Both the position numbers and the translations under genes were made by a program. A stretch of DNA of 15,995 nt from a virus (taxonomy: Duplodnaviria > Heunggongvirae > Uroviricota > Caudoviricetes), in IMG/VR virus record IMGVR_UViG_3300048573_000051, positions 1-15,995 of that record, one strand, 5' to 3'. Numbering within the stretch: position 1 is the first letter of the stretch; the number at the start of each line of letters is the position of its first letter. Of this stretch, positions 1 through 5,926 are shown one piece after another. Under the pieces are notes generated by a model, which was not told the DNA's origin, searched no databases, and saw only the letters and a program-made list of their open reading frames with translations.

Positions 1-123
1 CGCTTATATAAGCTTGCACTTATATAATACGCACGTTCAAATAAGCTAACGCTTATATAAGCTTGCACTTATATAATACGCACGTTCAAATAAGCTAACG
101 CTTATATAATACGCACATTCAAA
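1..123. repeat. 49-bp tandem direct repeat (2 full copies plus a partial, diverged third), palindrome-rich
   Basis: Unit CGCTTATATAAGCTTGCACTTATATAATACGCACGTTCAAATAAGCTAA at 1-49 and 50-98; 99-123 is a truncated variant. No unique spacers. May extend beyond the window start. Confidence 0.95.
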
Positions 124-135
124 CAAAGTCATCAA

Positions 136-906
136 ATGAAAATCAAACCAACAAAACCAGTTTCAAGCGTTATCTACAACGGCCCTTCATTAATTGACGG
201 TTCGCCTATTGTCGTGATCGCCATCATGCACAGTGGTAACGTAAAAACCGGGAACATGATTCAGACGCACATCATCAGGCAAGACATGAGCCCCATGCAA
301 GCTAGCAAAATAGGTGCGGATTACAGTGTATGCGGCGATTGTATGCACAGGGGGACGCCTACAAATGACCCGGCAAAGAAGACGGCACAGGGTCGGACTT
401 GTTATGTAAACCTAGGGCAAGGACCAAACCAAGTTTTTAAGGCTTTCACGGCAGGTAAATACCCCACGGCAACGACTGAACAAATAACCGCCATTGGGAA
501 CGGGCGCATGGTGCGACTGGGAACATATGGGGACCCCGCAGCAGTACCCGATACCGTTTGGGATGCGCTACTACTGAAGGCTGAAGGACATACAGGCTAC
601 ACGCACCAGCACAACGCCAAGCAAGCGCCCGATTATCGCCGCATGATGTACAGCGCCGACAATGCGCTAGAAGCCAGCAAAGCACACGCCAAGGGTTACA
701 GAACTTTCAGAGTTATCCCGGTGCAGGACTATAAAGAAAGCGGAAAAACGGCGCTTATGTCTAATGAGGTACTCTGCCCAGCAAGTAAAGAAGCAGGTTT
801 TAAAACGACTTGTAACGCTTGCAAACTGTGCACCGGCTCAACGCTCAAAGCTAAATCGGTGGCTATCGTAGCACATGGCACAAGTCGAAACAACGTAAAA
901 GGGTAA
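136..906 (+). CDS. Cys-rich phage protein, probable Fe-S / radical-SAM-like fold (256 aa)
   Basis: Seven Cys: CxxC (66,69), C89, then C214 and CxxCxxC (226,229,232); motifs RLGTYGDP and GYTHQ. Resemblance to GP88/DUF7227-like phage proteins is from memory, not a search. Confidence 0.6.
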   Translation: MKIKPTKPVSSVIYNGPSLIDGSPIVVIAIMHSGNVKTGNMIQTHIIRQDMSPMQASKIGADYSVCGDCMHRGTPTNDPAKKTAQGRTCYVNLGQGPNQVFKAFTAGKYPTATTEQITAIGNGRMVRLGTYGDPAAVPDTVWDALLLKAEGHTGYTHQHNAKQAPDYRRMMYSADNALEASKAHAKGYRTFRVIPVQDYKESGKTALMSNEVLCPASKEAGFKTTCNACKLCTGSTLKAKSVAIVAHGTSRNNVKG

Positions 907-909
907 CCA

Positions 910-1017
910 GTGATCAAAATCATCTTATACATTATCGGCGGTCTTTATCTGACATTGTGGGCGGCATGTTTTGCAGTTTACCTAATGACACGACTAAGGC
1001 ATAAACTCAGAGGTTAA
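910..1017 (+). CDS. Small single-pass membrane protein (35 aa; below ORF-track cutoff)
   Basis: GTG start 3 nt after the upstream stop with AGGGT upstream; (M)IKIILYIIGGLYLTLWAACFAVYLMTRLRHKLRG = hydrophobic helix plus basic tail; ends just before a terminator. Confidence 0.6.
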   Translation: MIKIILYIIGGLYLTLWAACFAVYLMTRLRHKLRG

Positions 1018-1034
1018 ACGGGTGGATTAAAACG

Positions 1035-1070
1035 GGTGGTATATCGGAAGGTGTGCCGCCTTTTTTATTT
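1035..1070 (+). terminator. Rho-independent terminator
   Basis: 11-bp stem GGTGGTATATC/GGTGTGCCGCC (4 G-U pairs, so it works only on +), GGAA loop, then TTTTTTATTT. Confidence 0.85.
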
Positions 1071-1604
1071 GCGGTTTTATGTCGGTGGCTTATGCGCTAG
1101 GCTCAAAGGTGGCTTAATTTAAACGCCAATGACACTATTCAAGCCGTGAATAATGCACAAATCAATTATATGTTTTATGAATATAAGGGTATAAAAAAAA
1201 TTCTCCCTGCCCGTACTATCATTGGTGGTTGATCATAGCTCAAAATGAATACAGAATACAATCAAACGATGTAAACATGAGATATAACGAAAGGGTATAT
1301 CAGATATTTTAAAATCGTAGTATTATTATAGAGTAGTAGTTAGGCCCACATCAAGCACCCATGACTTACAGCAATTACAAAACCTTGGCCCGATTACCCA
1401 ACATTTCAACAACAGATAAATCAAAGTTAAATCAAAGCTGTAACAAGTGCTCAAACAACAGCTTAAATTTGCAATCGTAGCGTTCAGAGCATCAACAAGC
1501 AGCTTAAAACCTGCATAGAAGCCCTTAATTTGTATTGTGCATAGTAAGAGCAGGGTACTACTATAAAGCTCTTAAATCGCGTTTAAAGCATTAGATATTT
1601 ACCC

Positions 1605-1640
1605 AAAGAAAAATCCCCAAGGTTGTTACACCAAGGGGAT
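1605..1640 (-). terminator. Rho-independent terminator of the phoH-clpP operon
   Basis: On minus: ATCCCC-TT-GGT-GTAACA-ACC-TT-GGGGAT then TTTTCTTT, a few nt after the clpP-like stop. Confidence 0.75.
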
Positions 1641-1646
1641 AAAATT

Positions 1647-2324
1647 TTAATTTTTAGTTTTTGTCTTCTTAACTGCAGATGTACTTTCTTTCTCTGCAGC
1701 TTTCTCGCGTTTTTCTTGTAGTTGTGTTCTGAGTTCCAATCTGCGCACGATCTCCTCAGAATCAAACCACATCTCTTTACCCATAATGACTTCTTCAAGC
1801 TCCTTATCGGTGAGGAAATCCTTATAGACACTGTGCATTAACGTCCTGACTTGTTTATCTACGAACGAAGCGTGTGAAATAACATCAGATTGCTTACCAA
1901 AAGCACCAAACGTAGCAGAGTGTACCATCATTGTAGCGTAAGGCGATACACTGATACTTGGTGCAGCTAGAGCAATAAGAGAAGCTGCCGATGCTGCTAC
2001 ACCTTCAATACTAGCGTGAACATCTGCATCTGTATCTTGAATAGCGTTAATAATGGCAATTGCACCGTCCAATTGACCACCATAACTATTAATACTTAGG
2101 ACTACAACATCACCTTCACTCAAAGACTCAATCCCTTGAAGTACTGTGCGATAATACTTTGGTTCTCGGATATTTTCATCTAGAAATACTTTAATACAGC
2201 GGTCTGTGCGTGTACTTTCAAAGTAAGGTAAATACTGTGAACCTCTTGTACTACCTTCAGATTCATCGTCATCATCATTACGAGCTAGTGAAGGGATATT
2301 TTTAAATTTATTGAGATTTCGCAT
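1647..2324 (-). CDS. clpP: ClpP-like serine protease (S14-type fold)
   Basis: INSYGG oxyanion motif, GVAASAAS catalytic Ser, MMVH catalytic His, EMWFDSEE; strong SD AAAGGAG. Confidence 0.85.
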   Translation of the reverse strand: MRNLNKFKNIPSLARNDDDDESEGSTRGSQYLPYFESTRTDRCIKVFLDENIREPKYYRTVLQGIESLSEGDVVVLSINSYGGQLDGAIAIINAIQDTDADVHASIEGVAASAASLIALAAPSISVSPYATMMVHSATFGAFGKQSDVISHASFVDKQVRTLMHSVYKDFLTDKELEEVIMGKEMWFDSEEIVRRLELRTQLQEKREKAAEKESTSAVKKTKTKN

Positions 2325-2335
2325 TGGTTACTCCT

Positions 2336-2902
2336 TTATTGACCATGATTTTGTGTATAACCTAAACCTTGTAGATTCAGTTCTTTAATTTTTTGTTGAC
2401 GATAAAGACAAGCCTTGACTTGCGCTTCAAGAATACCATACTTAGATGCTGAAAAAGACTTAGTTCTCTTTAAACCTTGTGCGTCATACCATGTAGTCAC
2501 AAAAGTTACACAGCGATAATTTTTATGATCTAAATGAACTCCTGTAAAATTTGAGCTATTCTTTGAAGATTTTTTCCTATTTCTACAGTTCATTTCCGAA
2601 GGTATAATTCTAAGATTGGTCAAAGAGTTATCACTTGGGTTCCTATTAATATGGTCTACAACATAACCTTTTGGTATATTTCCAAATGCTAATGTATATA
2701 CAACATTGTGTAACGAATACTTACAACTTTTAAATTTTACTTTCCAATATTCATCTAGATAACCTGCATTATCACCTTTACTTGCGTATTTACGACCTAT
2801 GCCATTTCCCATAAAACGAGCAGTATTCCAAGATACACCACTGGGACTTTTATCATCTAAAGAAAAGAATAACGCTAATTCTTCAATATTGTATCTAGAC
2901 AT
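2336..2902 (-). CDS. Free-standing HNH homing endonuclease with AP2-like C-terminal DNA-binding domain
   Basis: LHNVVY...VVDHINRNPSDNSLTNLR HNH motif; FTGVH...FVTTWYD...KRTKSFSASKYG..EA AP2-like domain; ATG overlaps the phoH TAA at 2902. Confidence 0.85.
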   Translation of the reverse strand: MSRYNIEELALFFSLDDKSPSGVSWNTARFMGNGIGRKYASKGDNAGYLDEYWKVKFKSCKYSLHNVVYTLAFGNIPKGYVVDHINRNPSDNSLTNLRIIPSEMNCRNRKKSSKNSSNFTGVHLDHKNYRCVTFVTTWYDAQGLKRTKSFSASKYGILEAQVKACLYRQQKIKELNLQGLGYTQNHGQ

Positions 2903-3678
2903 TATCGCCCTTTCTTAAATTGTTTATCTTGCTCTGCTTGAGAAATAATAGCAGTACCTTTAGAGTCTTCAATGATTTCTTCTTCAAAAGCAATTACGAA
3001 TTCTTTAGTCAAGCCTGAACGTACAATCTCATCCCTTGTAAAACCAACAAACGCTGTATCTGGAATATTATACTTTTTGATAATTTTTTCTAGGTACACC
3101 AGACCAGTCATTCCATTTCTTACATCTGATTGCATTTCTGCATTATCACCGCAAAAGACAATCTGAGAGTCGTTACCTACACGAGTAGTCAATGCTTGAA
3201 TCTCAGGTACATACAGGTTTTGACTTTCATCTACAATGATGATGCTGTCATTCCAGCTTCTACCTCGGATAGTCTCCAAGCTACAAATCTCAATAGTTTT
3301 ATTCTTCAGATGAATTTCTGTAGTAGCTTTACCTAAGTAGTCTTCAAAGTAGTCAATCATCTGTTGGTAAAACGGCAACAACTTCTCTTCTGCTGTACCG
3401 GGAAGAAAACCAATGCTTCGACCAGCCAACGGTTGGTATGCACGAATCAGTACAACCTTTTTAATATCACCGTAGTGCAATTTCTTAGCTGCATGGTGAA
3501 TAGCTAACAAAGTTTTACCAGTACCTGCACTGCCTCGTGCTACTACCAAAGTATTATACTTTAGGGCTTCCAATAGTTCTTGCTGTTTGTCATTCATTGC
3601 AAACAAAGGTGGAAACTGTACTCTTGCAAACTTCTCTTTTTGTACACGTTGTGATTGTACTTTTTGATTTCTTTTCAT
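2902..3678 (-). CDS. phoH: PhoH-family ATPase
   Basis: Walker A GSAGTGKT, IGFLPG, IRGRSW, IIVDESQN, VFCGD..Q.D and IVRSG motifs. Confidence 0.92.
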   Translation of the reverse strand: MKRNQKVQSQRVQKEKFARVQFPPLFAMNDKQQELLEALKYNTLVVARGSAGTGKTLLAIHHAAKKLHYGDIKKVVLIRAYQPLAGRSIGFLPGTAEEKLLPFYQQMIDYFEDYLGKATTEIHLKNKTIEICSLETIRGRSWNDSIIIVDESQNLYVPEIQALTTRVGNDSQIVFCGDNAEMQSDVRNGMTGLVYLEKIIKKYNIPDTAFVGFTRDEIVRSGLTKEFVIAFEEEIIEDSKGTAIISQAEQDKQFKKGR

Positions 3679-3712
3679 AAATCCCCTTTTACTACTTAGG
3701 ATATATTAATAA

Positions 3713-3741
3713 TAATACCTCAAGGGTTATCTTAAGGTATT
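3713..3741. terminator. Intergenic hairpin upstream of phoH (possible terminator or processing site)
   Basis: AATACCT...AGGTATT stem with inner AAG/CTT; AT-rich flank but no clean U-tract. Confidence 0.35.
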
Positions 3742-3759
3742 GGATGATAATATCAAATA

Positions 3760-4017
3760 TTATTCTTTAGGTTTACGACCACGTTTAACTTCAGTATTAA
3801 CTACAGGTGTTTCTTCAGTATTATCTTCAGTTACCAATTCGGTTGGACCTTTAATTTTAGGTTGTGCTTTAACCATACCTGTAACTAGCATTGATCCAAA
3901 TGCAGTTGGGAACAAATCGTTAGATTCAAAGTCAAATCGCCAGCCTTCAATGATACTTTGCTCTACAGCTTGACAGAACTCATATAAGCTATAAGTTTCA
4001 ATTCTCTTAATTTCCAT
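3760..4017 (-). CDS. Hypothetical protein (85 aa) with acidic linker and C-terminal KRGRKPK (AT-hook-like)
   Basis: SD AAGGAG, first gene after a consensus promoter. Confidence 0.75.
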   Translation of the reverse strand: MEIKRIETYSLYEFCQAVEQSIIEGWRFDFESNDLFPTAFGSMLVTGMVKAQPKIKGPTELVTEDNTEETPVVNTEVKRGRKPKE

Positions 4018-4064
4018 AAATACTCCTTATTAAAGTTAAACTCAATGCTTGCTGAGTTAGGTCA

Positions 4065-4093
4065 ATTATAGCACAACCAACTATGCAAGTCAA
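4065..4093 (-). promoter_or_regulatory. sigma70 promoter for the minus-strand operon
   Basis: TTGACT-17 nt-TATAAT with extended -10 (TGTGCTATAAT) on minus. Confidence 0.85.
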
Positions 4094-4115
4094 CACAAAT
4101 ATTTTTAAATAAAGC

Positions 4116-4144
4116 TTGACAAACGCAAAAACGTATGCTACACT
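4116..4144 (+). promoter_or_regulatory. sigma70 promoter, divergent partner
   Basis: TTGACA-17 nt-TACACT with TGn extended -10. Confidence 0.8.
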
Positions 4145-4154
4145 AAGAATATAC

Positions 4155-4353
4155 TAACGTATATAACTACAGTTATACATCAGTTAAACCTATGTTATAA
4201 CGTATATTACTATATCTGTAACCTTTGATGTTATATCTAATAGTACTATAGATAGTAACATTAGATGTTAACGTTATTTAATCCTATAATAAAAGAGATA
4301 TAAATAACTTAAGTATAATATATGTTATAACGTATATAATAACTACAGTTATA
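4155..4353. repeat. AT-rich non-coding region with direct and inverted repeats (candidate replication origin)
   Basis: TATGTTATAACGTATAT at 4191-4207 and 4321-4337; TAACGTATAT at 4155-4164; AACTACAGTTATA at 4165-4177 and 4341-4353; no long ORF in the ORF track. Confidence 0.7.
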
Positions 4354-4592
4354 TATTAACTCTTTTCTTTTGGCTACGCCCGATAGCTTGTCCTCAAGCC
4401 GGTTGGCTCTCTTGCAGAGTGCATGTTGAACCTTGCAGCTAACATAGCTCATGCAAAACCTTCAGCAAGGCATCTAAAACGCTCTACAAGGCTTCAATTT
4501 TAAGTTGCCTAGGGATGTGTAGCCTGAAGGTACGAAACGAGCGTATAGGCCGTTTAATCGTAAACATGAACTAACCTTATGATGGTGCAAAT

Positions 4593-5084
4593 ATGAACAT
4601 AATTGAATTGAAAGAAACTATTGATTATGATCTCTTCGCAGGAGCCTTCTATTTACTAAAGAACAACTGCAGATATAGAAGAATATTTCCAAACGAAGAT
4701 GGTTATATCATATTTTATAAAAATAGTAAAAGATTAAAATTTAAAGCTAATAAGTTAGCAATTGAGTTTGTGCAAAATATTGATGTGCAAAAAGATAAAG
4801 TAGTATTGCACAAAAACTTAGATGATACTGATTATAGATATATTAATTTAAAACTAATATCTAAGAAAGTGCATAACACAATTAAAGAAGCACATAGGAA
4901 TTTATCTGGTGCTTTAAAGCTCCAGCCTCATGCAAAGGATGTCTTCTCTTATGTTTTAACTTGGAAAGAAAACTCCAAAGATAAAATCTTAGTTGTGCAA
5001 GACATAGTAATAGCCAGAAGGTTATATACAAGGTTGCAACTCAAATATGCTAAGATTTTAAACAAGTTCTGTGTATTTGATTGA
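4593..5084 (+). CDS. Degenerate HNH-like protein (163 aa)
   Basis: ANKLAIEF...VVLHKNLDDTDYRYINLKLIS aligns by eye with the HNH pattern (AHRL..E...VDHINGD.TDNR.ENLRLV), with several conserved residues substituted. Confidence 0.6.
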   Translation: MNIIELKETIDYDLFAGAFYLLKNNCRYRRIFPNEDGYIIFYKNSKRLKFKANKLAIEFVQNIDVQKDKVVLHKNLDDTDYRYINLKLISKKVHNTIKEAHRNLSGALKLQPHAKDVFSYVLTWKENSKDKILVVQDIVIARRLYTRLQLKYAKILNKFCVFD

Positions 5085-5092
5085 TATTTCTC

Positions 5093-5121
5093 TTGAAATT
5101 TACGTATTCGTGTGCTATAAT
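5093..5121 (+). promoter_or_regulatory. sigma70 promoter upstream of candidate ncRNAs
   Basis: TTGAAA-17 nt-TATAAT with TGTGC extended -10; no plus-strand ORF follows until 5407. Confidence 0.85.
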
Positions 5122-5126
5122 CAAGG

Positions 5127-5222
5127 CTTCTATGTAAATTAAGTTATAGACTTTACGTAAATTGCACTATTAAGCGGTGCAACCCTGCGCAAAGACATTA
5201 ACAACTTAACCCTACATAGAAG
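5127..5222 (+). ncRNA. Candidate ncRNA domain 1: long rod hairpin with two identical AA/CCC internal loops
   Basis: Nested pairings 5127-5136/5213-5222 (10 bp), 5139-5145/5203-5209 (7 bp), 5151-5159/5186-5194, 5162-5168/5176-5182; starts at the predicted +1. Confidence 0.7.
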
Positions 5223-5232
5223 TAAACCTTCA

Positions 5233-5336
5233 TATGTTAGTCTAATTGCCCTTTCACTCCTTTCAGCGTTAGATGCTTCGGTATGAGCTGGACTAGTAAC
5301 CAGCACTAACACACAGTTAGTTCTTGCACTAACATA
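5233..5336 (+). ncRNA. Candidate ncRNA domain 2: five-way junction
   Basis: Closing stem 5233-5241/5328-5336 encloses four hairpins: 5242-5272, 5273-5284 (cUUCGg), 5287-5304, 5305-5321. Confidence 0.7.
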
Positions 5337-5352
5337 AATTTGTACACCATAC

Positions 5353-5382
5353 TTGACAAAAGACATTACTTATGTCTATAAT
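5353..5382 (+). promoter_or_regulatory. sigma70 promoter of the tRNA cluster with an operator-like inverted repeat
   Basis: TTGACA-18 nt-TATAAT; AGACAT-N5-ATGTCT at 5361-5377. Confidence 0.8.
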
Positions 5383-5406
5383 GAAGAAACACAATAAGAA
5401 TACCCT

Positions 5407-5607
5407 ATGAAATGCGTAATTTGTAACCAATACTTCAAACGTTCAGTCTTTAACCAGACTTTTGAATGCGATGCATGTCAAGCGATTGTATTAGATGAAT
5501 TTGATTCTGAAATGCAAGTTGAAGTGGAATTGCTAAGGCATCCTTCAGGTAAAACTCAAGCTGTTATCTATGATGATATGAACGATGATACCGGGGATTC
5601 AATTTAA
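5407..5607 (+). CDS. Small zinc-ribbon protein with acidic C-terminus (66 aa)
   Basis: CVIC...CDAC; D/E-rich tail; directly after a promoter; weak SD. Confidence 0.7.
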   Translation: MKCVICNQYFKRSVFNQTFECDACQAIVLDEFDSEMQVEVELLRHPSGKTQAVIYDDMNDDTGDSI

Positions 5608-5610
5608 TAT

Positions 5611-5684
5611 AGCGGGTAAGGTGGTCACTACTGCAGTCTCATAAGCTCGCAGCATCACTGGTTCGAATCCAGTACCCGCTTCCA
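5611..5684 (+). tRNA. Atypical tRNA with CAT anticodon (Met/fMet-like; Ile2 not excluded)
   Basis: Acceptor AGCGGGT/ACCCGCT, T-arm ACTGG-TTCGAAT-CCAGT, loop CTCATAA, encoded CCA; shortened D-arm and bulged anticodon stem. Confidence 0.75.
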
Positions 5685-5691
5685 AATTTAA

Positions 5692-5766
5692 GCTACTATC
5701 GTCTATCGGTTAGGACATCTGGTTTTCATCCAGACAAGCGGAGTTCGATTCTCCGTAGTAGCTCCA
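5692..5766 (+). tRNA. tRNA-Glu(TTC)
   Basis: GCTACTA/TAGTAGC acceptor, TCTGG-TTTTCAT-CCAGA anticodon arm, TTCGATT T-loop, CCA. Confidence 0.93.
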
Positions 5767-5775
5767 GAGCAAAAT

Positions 5776-5918
5776 AATGGAACTGGTAGGATCATCCATT
5801 CAACGGTTGTTAGTGACGATGGGGGCTATCGGAACTTTCAAATAAACGTGTATTCCGCAACTACGTTAAAAGTTCGGCTGCTCAATCGCCAACGGAAAGA
5901 GCATAAGGTTACAGTTGG
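5776..5918 (+). ncRNA. Candidate pseudoknotted ncRNA between tRNA-Glu and tRNA-Asn
   Basis: Hairpins 5776-5800, 5817-5831, 5832-5875 (inner 5845-5867), 5879-5903; loop CCAAC (5889-5893) complementary to GTTGG (5914-5918). Confidence 0.5.
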
Positions 5919-5926
5919 ATAAATTT

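Noticed and set aside
1-123. CRISPR array or TIGR-like guide array
   Set aside because: Units are identical and contiguous with no variable spacers; no Cas or Nop-domain gene nearby.
446-932. Minus-strand ORFs 446-685 and 729-932
   Set aside because: Antisense shadows of the 256-aa gene with no recognisable motifs.
1583-3973. ORFs 1583-1831(-), 2972-3166(+), 3130-3336(+), 3740-3973(+)
   Set aside because: Overlap well-supported genes in other frames or strands; no motifs.
5127-5336. T-box leader or 6S RNA
   Set aside because: No T-box UGGN antiterminator or terminator; the rod is about half the size of 6S with a small bubble.
5139-5366. 75-aa minus-strand ORF
   Set aside because: Antisense to a promoter-driven structured region; the UUCG loop and G-U pairs favour + strand RNA; no protein motif.
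5767-5830. Theta/HDV-like ribozyme right after tRNA-Glu
   Set aside because: Could not assemble the nested P1/P1.1/P2/P3 double pseudoknot by eye.
5821-5920. tmRNA (GGGGGCT start, AAATAAAC) or pistol ribozyme
   Set aside because: No tRNA-like 3' end, no degradation-tag frame ending in AA; the pistol P3 and cleavage-site elements are missing.
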